A stretch of DNA of 64,000 bases from Tubiluchus corallicola. Lineage: Eukaryota > Animalia > Priapulida. The position numbers and the translations under genes were made by a program. The notes beneath the pieces were generated by a model. That model was not told where the DNA came from, searched no databases, and was given only the letters and a program-made list of their open reading frames with translations. Positions 52,025 through 61,995 of this stretch are shown one piece after another. Position 1 is the first letter of the stretch. Every line of letters starts with the position of its first letter. The DNA is taken from positions 1-64,000 of the forward strand of contig JAQGDQ010000632.1 in NCBI GenBank assembly GCA_030141605.1, given 5' to 3'.

Positions 52025-53129
52025 CCATAAAGTGTACACTCTACGGCTGCAACTTGAATTGCTTCACCTAGTCTTTATCAACACATGTGCCATTGTATGG
52101 TCAAGCGTGCATGATATATACCCTCGACTCAGTTTATCACAGTACTCGTACACTTTGGCATTACGCATTAAAGATATTGTGATATATTGTTATATGTGTG
52201 CCAATATTTGTCAATTTGATTTGCAATAAATAATAAAGTAGTGGCATTTCTTAAAGAATGTCTTTGTTGACAAACAATGAATAGCTGTTATAGTTTAGTT
52301 AAAGAATTTGTAATAAATTTGCTTCAAGCTGTGCAAATGTCGTAAAAACATATCACGAGTAAAAAATATTCGCGGCCAGTGCAGTTAGATGGTGGTTCAG
52401 TTGGGGGGGGGCATAATTTCATTAGCTTAGAGGCCCCAAAAAGTCATAATCTGGCCCTAGTTATTCTGGCACGATAGATTTTTTCTGCTAGTGAAGTACT
52501 TGAATCCATCAGTAGTTACGTCAATCAATAATATTGTCTTATAATAATAGCATTGCCATTGACATACTTTCGCCCCTGCTATAAGGTAGCCAAATTTTGA
52601 ATAGAATTACCTGTTGATTAACTTTATGGTAATTTAACTAATCCCATCTTAAAAAACAAACAAGTTGACAAAAAAATCATTTACGTTACTTGCATTATAT
52701 ATATAAAGTACCGTTGTAAGCCACTGATGCACACTGGGATTGTCTGACATCGTGGTAGTATCACAAATTCTTTTCTCTAACTTCAGTTTTTAAATAAGAA
52801 TGCTGCTAGCTGATATAATTTTGTTTTGAGATTTTTTAAAACATACTTCAAAATTTGCAAGTGTTTTCCTTTCAAATATTTAAAAGTATCTTTGGTTAGC
52901 ATTTAAATTCTTTACGGCAAGAACAATATCAGCTTTTCCCAACTTATGACAACCCATTTATAATAAATTTTATTACATTTTTATTAGAAAAATCCAGTGT
53001 TTCTAGTGGGCTGTTTATGAAACATCTAGCCAATTTTTTTTTGAAGATTGCGCAGAAGTGCTATGTCCTTATGGAATGTTAGAAAATTATAGTGCCATAT
53101 ATAATCTTATACCCAACAGGCTTAAAAGA

Positions 53130-53727
53130 AGACAGGATGATTTTGCATATACCACCCCATTTTCAAATCGATAAAAAGTATACATTTTAACACCAATAAT
53201 ACTACAAAAGGGCTTCTGATAATTAAATAATAGATTAAAATCTTAATTAATGACAGGGAGCCAAACTAGTGATGACATCACAAACTGACATAATTTTCAG
53301 CAGCAAAAATATTCCACAAGTGTGTTCCATGTGTTTGCGAAAACAAAAATTGAAATACAGTGCTACTGTAAGGTATTCAGTGTGTTGTACTAAAACTAGG
53401 CAAGTTTTAAGATGAAATTTCAAATTTACGCTCATGCATGAAGTGTGGAACGTGTGTTCATCACAAACTAACACATTTTAACTGAGTGGTACAGCACCTG
53501 TTTTTGTGCAATGGGCTTTCGAAATACAGGCGCTAGTGGTCACTTAACTAGCAAATGGCGAAATGCATGTATCAGTAAAGAAGTAGTGGCACGAACATGA
53601 AATGTTTGTGTGGTATTAATTCTTTCACGTAAGTAATTTTTGAAAAAACAGTTTGTTTCCTTTCAATATTTAAAGAGTATAGATTGTTTTGACCTACAGT
53701 TTAAGATTGGGTCCCGCTTTGCTGTAA
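53130..53727 (-). mobile_element. Dispersed repeat copy 3, inverted relative to 10283 and 21457
   Basis: gacctacagtttaagattgg and aattaaataatagattaaaatcttaattaa are reverse complements of segments at 21478-21493 and 21921-21950. Confidence 0.7.
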
Positions 53728-53795
53728 GTCTTTCACACGCTTCAAATTTCAGTTCTCACGCATTCCTCAACTTCACACCCAAGGTTGCAAAATCG

Positions 53796-53950
53796 ACTGG
53801 CTTCCTTTGCCATCAGCATCAAGGGTGACAAAATCACCTGGCTGACTTTGCCATCAGCATCAAAGGTGACAACGTCACCAGGCTTCCTTTGCCATTTATA
53901 AGCGTCGAGTCTGCCAAAGTCACCTGGCTTCCTTTGCCATTTATAAGCAT
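53796..53950. repeat. Degenerate short tandem repeat (ctggcttcctttgccat core), 4 copies
   Basis: Directly visible. Confidence 0.75.
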
Positions 53951-56244
53951 AATGGTGAAACAGTTAATAATGCAACTTTCATTAATATGGAGCGTTCATG
54001 CATCTCACGATGTGTGTATTAAGCATTTCTGGTGCCGTAACAATAAGAAATCTCAGTAGTACCCACAAATTGCCTTATTTTTTAATTTTTGCCTTACTTT
54101 GATATTTTGATTTTGACACCAAAAATTTATGTTGCATTAATTTGCACACTGGACACCTGCCAAGGGCAACATGATCCCTAGGCTTTCTACATTTTATACT
54201 CATTTTTGCATGAAGTGGTTGGTAGGTCTCCAGTTGGCCATTTTTTGTTGTTCCTTTTACAATAACTGAATAGTCTTTCAACTGTTTGTGGTGTGCTGAT
54301 ATTGATACAAACATCTTTATTGCGAAGATCGTGTATTATCTTCGTTTAAAATATGCATTGTCTTTGTACAAAATTTTCATACATTTCCAAATAATCTTCT
54401 AAAAAAATCTTGTCCTCTTATCATTACATGTGCAAAGTTTCAGTGGAAACTTCGCTTATGGTTTGATAAGAATGTATAGGGCTAGTGGGACAGCAAGGAC
54501 AAGATCGATATTGATTTAACGTTCATTCAATATCCATTTTTTTCAACAACATATCCTTATTCTGATAAAGTAGGAAATGTCAAATTATGAACAGACAATT
54601 GCATGGTTTCTAAGTTTGACGTATGCTAACAATTTGTCCTGATCAGTAAGCATATTTTACACTTCACGTTTAGCTCTTGTATTCCGGTTTAGTCGTAAGT
54701 ATAGTTCTCTGCATAGTGAAGTGCTGCTCAATGTTCGGAAGCTGTTTGGTGACATTTAGACACACAGCTCTTAACATATTCTAACATACAAGCAGACTTT
54801 GTTTGCCCTATGTTTTTCTCGTCTGCTATTCAGTTTCTGTTTTGCTAAATGAGGTTTGTAATTTGAACTCCTGTCTGTCAGGCAAAGTTTACGAATTATC
54901 AGAATGTAACTAAAAGATTGTGAAATAGCAATTGCTATTGTTTCATTTTAGTTTTGCGGAAAGAGCCATATTCTACTGAAATTTGAAATCTCTAGACCTA
55001 CTATGCTGTTCTGATCTGAACTTCGTAAACCAGGCATTTTACAAACTTAAACCTTCATGCTGACACGAAATTTCGTAACACAAATACACAGTCAAATTAG
55101 TGAATTCCAGAAGGCGTGGAGCCTCTTAACTGGCTTCATCATAACACTGGCAACGTACACTTTTGTGTAGCCTGGCTTCTGTGACCATGTGTAAAATTTG
55201 TGATGTCTGTGGGAGCTTTAAGAGTTTGGTTGGATGTTTATACAGCTGAATTCAACAAACGCTGCTCTGTTTTCAATACACATCCAAAAGCACATTTCTG
55301 CATGCCTGGTTGGCGGGCAATCTAAATAAAGGTTTTACGCACTGGTAGTAATTTATTACTACGGCAATCAGAAAAACATGGCTTCTGCTGTATGGCATTT
55401 TATGAAAAGATTAAATTCGAATTGGTGATGGTAATAAAAACTTGTGAGACTTGGTTAATGAACTTCCTGTGTTTAGTTTTTGAGGAATCCGAAGATTTGG
55501 TTTTTGCACTAACATTAGCACTATGCTTCGCCTTTGGCAGTTATTACATTATGGTGTACATCTGTAAGTGTCAGTACTAGTGTATGCAGTGGTGTGATAT
55601 TAATGTTCACGTGCCTATTAATGCTTCTAAGAATTAGTTTTGTTGTCATCTTGGCCAAGCCGAAACATGAATAGTAAATATGAAGACGAAATATATTATG
55701 TAGTTGAAATGATTATCAACTTTTGTCATTTGATACAAAGTATTTCATTCTGTATTGTGCACTAGAGTACATACATATTTGTTATTTTTTTAGTTTAATA
55801 TTTGTAACAGAAATGAATATACAGCCACGATCCATTAACCTTGGGGTATTCCTAAAATTATTGAGAACATTGCATTTTTTAAATTGTCATGTAGCTGTCT
55901 TGCAGTTTAAAAGTGGGAAAACGTTCATCATTGGTGTTCAGGTTTTTAGGAACTGCGACTCTGGGGACAAATTTGTTGTGGCAAATTAGTCGACAATTTA
56001 ACAGTGTAGAGTGCAGATTCTCGTTTACTTTAATGTGTTTTCGTATAAGTTGTAGGCATGTATGCATGCACTGCCTCTTTCTGTGCAGGAGCACAGCATT
56101 AGATTTGCTTGGATAAACTCTATGATTTTTGTTTTTAAATTTCTCTTTGATTATTGTTTCAGGTGCTGATATACTGGATAAACACTACAAACACGAACAA
56201 CTTCAGGGCTGTGTAGAATGCTTTAATTGAATCATCCTGTGGCC

Positions 56245-59200
56245 ATGAAAGGTGCTATATCATCACTGTGCGTGCTACTTGTAGCATTTCCACATGTCAT
56301 TTCAAGAGATGCACCTGAAATAACACGTCCCCTGGAAAATTTGTTTGCCATGGACGGAGGTGTCATCAATTTTTTCTGCGAAGCCAGTGGCGATCCCCTG
56401 CCGACGTTCAGTTGGTTCAAAAACGGCAAGCCGATTAATGCCGTCGCTCATCGTCACATGACGATGTCAATGCCGGGCGGCAGTGTCCTTAGAATTGACC
56501 CCGTGAATATGAAGCGAGATGAGACAAAATACACGTGTCGTGCAAGAAACGAAGTCGGTGACGATGCCGAGAGTCAGGCCACGCTGAAGGTCTATGATCA
56601 GAATCAACTCCCTGCAGGGTTCCCAGTAATTACTCGTCATCCACAATTGAAAGCCGTTGAAAAAGACAGGAATGCTATGATGATGTGTGAAGCGACAGGA
56701 GAGCCACAACCATCAACCACCTGGCTGAAGGATTTGATTCCGGTCAATATGAGCAATCCCAGGTATTCCATTGTGTCCCAAGGTTCCCTGCAGATAATCA
56801 GTACTAAGATAGAAGACGAGGGCAAATACGAATGCATTGCACATAATTCGGTGGGAGCCGTGTCGTCTTATCCAGCTAAACTTTATGTTAGGGTGCGCAG
56901 AGTCCCCCCTCATTTTACCATTTCTCCAGAGAACATTGAAGTATCACCTAGAAGCGATGCAAATTTAACTTGCGTAGCAGTTGGCTCACCGATGCCATAT
57001 GTCAAGTGGCTATTAGACGGAGAGGAGCTAGGTGACCGTGACTCCGTGCCAGTGGGTAGGAACGTGCTGATCCTCACTAATATTAAACAATCAGCTAATT
57101 ATACTTGCGTTGCAACCTCCGATCTTGGTTCAATTGAAGTCGTTGCTAGCGTAACTGTAAAAGCTGTTCCAAAGCCACCTACTGATCTTTGGGTTTCGGA
57201 CATTACGTCAACATCCGTTAAATTATCTTGGGTTACTCCTTCTGAGGAAAATGTAAGCAGTTACATCATTAGGTATAGCACTTCAAGCAGTAGTGACCGA
57301 GACAGGAATATAACAGGTATCACAGATAACAGTTACATAATCTCACAACTTGGCGCTTACACAGAGTACACATTTGAAGTTTTGTCAGTAAACAATGCTG
57401 GTAGTGGTTCACCAAGTGAACCAGTTACGGCAAGAACGGGAGAACTCTCGCCGGCAAGTGAACCGTTGCAAGTCACTGCGCATCCAATTAGTTCAAACAG
57501 TATCCTGGTACAATGGAGAGAGCCGCTAATGCCTAATGGGCACATCAAAGGCTACAAAGTATTCTATACAGATGATAGAACTTTGCCTATGAGTTTATGG
57601 CAAGATGAAGATGTGAAATCTGGTCTCTTGATAACCATTGGTAAGTTGAAGCCTCAGCACACATACACTATTGCTGTACTTGCATATAATAGTGTCGGTA
57701 CTGGGCCACCTAGCTCACCGATACAAGTAAGAACAGAGCAAGGTGTGCCGACAGAACCCGTTGGTTTGACAGGTCGTTCGCTTTCTCCTACTACAATAGA
57801 ACTTACATGGCAGCCTCCGCATCATGCTGCTGAAAATATAGACCAGTATGAGTTATACTATAATGGTTCCACATCTGATAAAGAAAATCACATTAGAATT
57901 CAGCCAACGACTTCGTACACCTTGCGTGATCTTATTCCCAATACTATGTACGTAATTAGGTTAGCAGCTCGTTCTCGTCGGGGTGAGGGCATCAGTACGC
58001 AGCCAGTCCAGGTTAAGACGGTCGAATTCATACCTGGTGCACCTCCTAGTGACGTACAGGCGAGGGCAGTTGATGCAAGAAGCATCATTGTAATGTGGAA
58101 GCCACCAGTTCAAAACTTACAAAATGGCGAAATAACTAAATATCATATTATTTATATTCCATCAGCAAAAATTGAAACGGGGCAAGAAAAAACAGTGGAA
58201 ACTGTCGGTAGCCAGTTCTCCAAATCTGTACTTTCCCATATAATAGATGGGCTTGAAAAATGGACAGAATATACAGTTTGGATGTATGCCAGTACAGTAG
58301 TTGGTGATGGCCCACGTTCCGAGCCAGTTATGGTGCGAACATTAGAAGCAATTCCTGGAGAACCAAGGAGGATTCGTTTAGCAGCAGTAAATTCAACTAC
58401 CGTGAAGGTAGAGTGGCGACCTCCACTGAATGCAGAAAGAAATGGTATAATTCAGGGTTACAATATTCACATCCAAAAACTAGATTCACTAAATGGCAAT
58501 CCTGTTGACATGCCTATGGTGGAAAGTGTTTCTGATGGCACAAAAGAAGAATTCTTCGTGACAGGACTAGTACCTGATAGCAGCTACAGCATTCAAGTAG
58601 CTGCTTACACACGTCCAGGTGATGGCCCGAGAAGCAAAGCCAAGACAATAAAGATGCCTGGACAACCCCCAGATCCACCGCATCTTGATGTTAAACTGAA
58701 GTCAAGTAATAGCATGTTGAACGCTTTGGTGGAGTTTAGTAAACCAGAAACGACGTATGGGACTCTTGTGAGTTACCATATTACATATGGAAAAGAGGAT
58801 CAAGAACCATTTGAAACTCTCGATGTGACAGCTGACAGTAACGTGCGTACACAGCGTCAGACCATTTACGATTTGGAGAAAAATTCTGTATACGAATTTA
58901 AAGTTTCTGCAAGCAACAGCTTTGGGACTAGCAAGGAGGCAGTGAAGAAACTGATGATTCCTGATGGTGTCACAAATAATTCTCCCCAGAATGTAGTTTA
59001 CAAAATGGTGGCATATGATACTGCCCGACTTTCTTGGGATGCTCCTATAACTGAAGATGAAAATATCTCTTTGTACAGCATTGAATTTTCTAATGTTGGT
59101 CATCCCAAGGATAAAATTACCAGAAATGTAACAGATAATTTTATAATAATCGATGGTCTTGAGCCAGATAATGAGTATTCATTTATGGTGCAAGCATATG

Positions 59201-61995
59201 TGTTACATTTTCCGGGACCATGGAGCAAAATATTGCACATACAAACACCAAGAGATGATTCTCTGAAGGCTCCACAATTGTCTTCCATTTCAGCAATTTC
59301 AACAAATTCAGTAGAAGTTGTGTGGACTCCTCTAAACTCTTCCTCCGTTACAAGATACATTGTTTATTACACCGGTGAAGTTGTTGATGACTTTAGCAAG
59401 TGGCACAAGAAAAATATAGATGGAGCTAAAGAATCTGTGCTCATTATTGACAGACTTATGCCTAGAGTGACCTACGCATTTCGTATTTGTGCAACATCGG
59501 AGACTAGTGTTGGATTGCTATCTGAACCGTCATTCGTTTTTACTGATACCACAGTTAGAAAGCCAATACCTACTGTAGGTAAAGCAGCAATAAATGTGCC
59601 AGAATTTCATCAGAAGACGACAAATAACACCATTGAGGTTAAGTTATTTAAGGCAGCAGATGAAAATGGTGCAATCAACCATTACTTTATCATTGTTGTA
59701 CCTGCTCAAGAAAATAGAAGTGATCCTGAGGACATTCCCACATCGGAGCTCATGTATTATTCTAAGAATGTAAGCAATAATGGCCTGAAATATGTTCCAG
59801 ACAATGTAGCTTATATTGCTGCAAAATTTGATGTAGACAAATACCCAGAGTATTTCGAAATTGGTGATGGTTTTCACTATAATAACTTTTATAATAAGCC
59901 TCTGCAAGTTGGCTTGAAATACACAGTATTTGTTCGTGCTGTAATAGAATCACCTGGGGAAGAATTAGAGTTGTCTAGCCCATTTTCTGAAACTTTTGGG
60001 CTCAAGCTAGACGATGGTACAACAATATTAGAGGTTCCTGATGACAAAACCATGCAAATTGCTGGCCCGATAATTGGAGTTTTGCTGTTTATTATTATTG
60101 CAGTACTTTTAGTGTTCTTGTATAAACGAGTTAAGCAAAACAAATTAAAATTACCAACCTCAAGTAATTTAGTGTATGCCGATCTTCCTTCTCATATGGA
60201 TCCAGTTGAAATGAGGCGACTTAATTTTCAAACTCCAGGAATGATAAAGCATCCTCCTATCCCAATATCTGAATTGGCTGCTACCATAGAGTTGCTAAAG
60301 GAAAACGACAATGAAAGATTTTCACAGGAGTATGAGTCTATCGAAACTGGCCAACAATTTACCTGGGAACATTCAAATATGGAATATAATAAGCATAAGA
60401 ACCGTTACGCTAATGTAATTGCTTATGATCACTCTCGGGTTGTTCTCTTGCCTGTTGAGGGAGAACTAGGCAGTGACTATATAAATGCCAATTTTTGTGA
60501 CGGCTACAGAAAAAAGAATGCTTACATTTCCACCCAGGGTCCACTGCCTAACACTTTTGGAGACTTTTGGCGAATGATATGGGAGCAAAAAACATATAGT
60601 ATTGTAATGATGACAAAACTTGAAGAGAGAACCCGTATAAAATGTGATCAGTACTGGCCAATCAGGGGAACAGAAACTTACGGTCCAATGCAAGTCACTA
60701 TTATTGAAGTGACAGAGTTGGCTACTTACACGATACGTACTTTTATCTTATCAAGAGCAGACTCTCCTGAAAAACGAGAAGTGCGCCAGTTTCAGTTCAC
60801 TGCTTGGCCTGATCATGGTGTACCAGAATACCCTACTCCTGTCCTGGCATTGTTGAAACGAGTCCGAGCAATGACACCCTCAGATTCTGGGCCAGTAGTG
60901 GTTCATTGTAGTGCCGGTGTTGGTAGAACTGGTGCATTTATCATCATCGATGCCATGCTGGAACGTATCAGACATGACAGGACGGTGGATATTTACGGCC
61001 ATGTAACATGTTTACGTGCACAACGTAACTACATGGTTCAAACTGAGGATCAATACATTTTCATACATGAAGCTCTCTTAGAAGCTGTGACAAGTGGAAA
61101 CACAGAAGTTCCTGCTAGGAGCCTTTATGGTCATTTACAAAAATTGACGCAACCGGAGCCAGGAGAAAACGTTACGGGCATGGAATTTGAATTTAAAAAA
61201 TTAGCCAATATGAAAGTGCATTCTTCAAGATTTGTTAGTGCTAACTTACCAGTGAATAAGTTCAAGAATAGACTTGTCAACATACTTCCATTTGAAAGCG
61301 CTAGAGTCAACCTTCAGCCGATCAGAGGTGTAGAGGGTTCGGATTACATTAATGCTAGCTGGATTGATGGTTACAGATACAAAAATGCATACATTGCCAC
61401 GCAGGGACCGTTGCCAGACACAACTGAAGATTTTTGGAGAATGTTGTGGGAGAATAACTGTACCATTGTTGTCATGCTCACAAAATTAAAGGAAATGGGA
61501 AGGGAGAAGTGCTACCAGTACTGGCCAAGCTCTCGGTCTGCTCGATATCAGTACTTTGTTGTTGATCCTGTTGGAGAATACAACATGCCACAGTATATAC
61601 TTAGGGAATTCAAGGTCACAGATGCCAGAGACGGCGAGTCGCACATGGTCCGGCAGTTCCAGTTTACAGACTGGCCAGAACAAGGTGTGCCCAAATCTGG
61701 TGAAGGCTTTATCGACTTCATTGGTCAAGTCCACAAAACAAAAGATCAATTTGGCCAAGATGGACCAATCGCCATTCACTGTAGTGCAGGAGTTGGAAGA
61801 ACTGGAGTGTTCATTACACTGAGCATTGTTCTGGAGCGAATGCGGTACGAGGGCGTTGTCGACATGTTTCAGACAGTTAAAATGTTACGCACTCTTCGCC
61901 CGTGCATGGTTCAGACAGAAGAGCAGTACCAGTTTTGTTACAAAGCAGCTTTGGAATATCTGGGCTCGTTTGATCACCTCATGATAAATTCATGA
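56245..61995 (+). CDS. Lar: LAR-type (type IIa; PTPRF/PTPRD/PTPRS, Dlar family) receptor protein tyrosine phosphatase, about 1916 aa, intronless CDS
   Basis: Signal peptide from ggccATG 56245; 3 Ig; 8 FN3 plus a membrane-proximal FN-like domain; TM IAGPIIGVLLFIIIAVLLVFLY; DPVEMRRLNFQTPGM juxtamembrane motif; D1 with KNRY/WPD/HCSAGVGR/QTEDQY; D2 with KNRL/WPE/HCSAGVGR; ends LEYLGSFDH; splice acceptor at 56162. Confidence 0.98.
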   Translation: MKGAISSLCVLLVAFPHVISRDAPEITRPLENLFAMDGGVINFFCEASGDPLPTFSWFKNGKPINAVAHRHMTMSMPGGSVLRIDPVNMKRDETKYTCRARNEVGDDAESQATLKVYDQNQLPAGFPVITRHPQLKAVEKDRNAMMMCEATGEPQPSTTWLKDLIPVNMSNPRYSIVSQGSLQIISTKIEDEGKYECIAHNSVGAVSSYPAKLYVRVRRVPPHFTISPENIEVSPRSDANLTCVAVGSPMPYVKWLLDGEELGDRDSVPVGRNVLILTNIKQSANYTCVATSDLGSIEVVASVTVKAVPKPPTDLWVSDITSTSVKLSWVTPSEENVSSYIIRYSTSSSSDRDRNITGITDNSYIISQLGAYTEYTFEVLSVNNAGSGSPSEPVTARTGELSPASEPLQVTAHPISSNSILVQWREPLMPNGHIKGYKVFYTDDRTLPMSLWQDEDVKSGLLITIGKLKPQHTYTIAVLAYNSVGTGPPSSPIQVRTEQGVPTEPVGLTGRSLSPTTIELTWQPPHHAAENIDQYELYYNGSTSDKENHIRIQPTTSYTLRDLIPNTMYVIRLAARSRRGEGISTQPVQVKTVEFIPGAPPSDVQARAVDARSIIVMWKPPVQNLQNGEITKYHIIYIPSAKIETGQEKTVETVGSQFSKSVLSHIIDGLEKWTEYTVWMYASTVVGDGPRSEPVMVRTLEAIPGEPRRIRLAAVNSTTVKVEWRPPLNAERNGIIQGYNIHIQKLDSLNGNPVDMPMVESVSDGTKEEFFVTGLVPDSSYSIQVAAYTRPGDGPRSKAKTIKMPGQPPDPPHLDVKLKSSNSMLNALVEFSKPETTYGTLVSYHITYGKEDQEPFETLDVTADSNVRTQRQTIYDLEKNSVYEFKVSASNSFGTSKEAVKKLMIPDGVTNNSPQNVVYKMVAYDTARLSWDAPITEDENISLYSIEFSNVGHPKDKITRNVTDNFIIIDGLEPDNEYSFMVQAYVLHFPGPWSKILHIQTPRDDSLKAPQLSSISAISTNSVEVVWTPLNSSSVTRYIVYYTGEVVDDFSKWHKKNIDGAKESVLIIDRLMPRVTYAFRICATSETSVGLLSEPSFVFTDTTVRKPIPTVGKAAINVPEFHQKTTNNTIEVKLFKAADENGAINHYFIIVVPAQENRSDPEDIPTSELMYYSKNVSNNGLKYVPDNVAYIAAKFDVDKYPEYFEIGDGFHYNNFYNKPLQVGLKYTVFVRAVIESPGEELELSSPFSETFGLKLDDGTTILEVPDDKTMQIAGPIIGVLLFIIIAVLLVFLYKRVKQNKLKLPTSSNLVYADLPSHMDPVEMRRLNFQTPGMIKHPPIPISELAATIELLKENDNERFSQEYESIETGQQFTWEHSNMEYNKHKNRYANVIAYDHSRVVLLPVEGELGSDYINANFCDGYRKKNAYISTQGPLPNTFGDFWRMIWEQKTYSIVMMTKLEERTRIKCDQYWPIRGTETYGPMQVTIIEVTELATYTIRTFILSRADSPEKREVRQFQFTAWPDHGVPEYPTPVLALLKRVRAMTPSDSGPVVVHCSAGVGRTGAFIIIDAMLERIRHDRTVDIYGHVTCLRAQRNYMVQTEDQYIFIHEALLEAVTSGNTEVPARSLYGHLQKLTQPEPGENVTGMEFEFKKLANMKVHSSRFVSANLPVNKFKNRLVNILPFESARVNLQPIRGVEGSDYINASWIDGYRYKNAYIATQGPLPDTTEDFWRMLWENNCTIVVMLTKLKEMGREKCYQYWPSSRSARYQYFVVDPVGEYNMPQYILREFKVTDARDGESHMVRQFQFTDWPEQGVPKSGEGFIDFIGQVHKTKDQFGQDGPIAIHCSAGVGRTGVFITLSIVLERMRYEGVVDMFQTVKMLRTLRPCMVQTEEQYQFCYKAALEYLGSFDHLMINS

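Noticed and set aside
56227-56244. TTG start of the 1922-aa ORF
   Set aside because: Artefact of alternative-start calling; ggccATG at 56245 begins the signal peptide.
61258-61800. KNRL and WPE substitutions in the second PTP domain as novel inactivation
   Set aside because: These are the standard features of LAR-family D2 pseudophosphatase domains.
56232-61822. Short antisense and alternate-frame ORFs overlapping LAR (likewise those over the LINE and the three-Ig gene)
   Set aside because: Shadow ORFs of real coding sequence with no motifs of their own.
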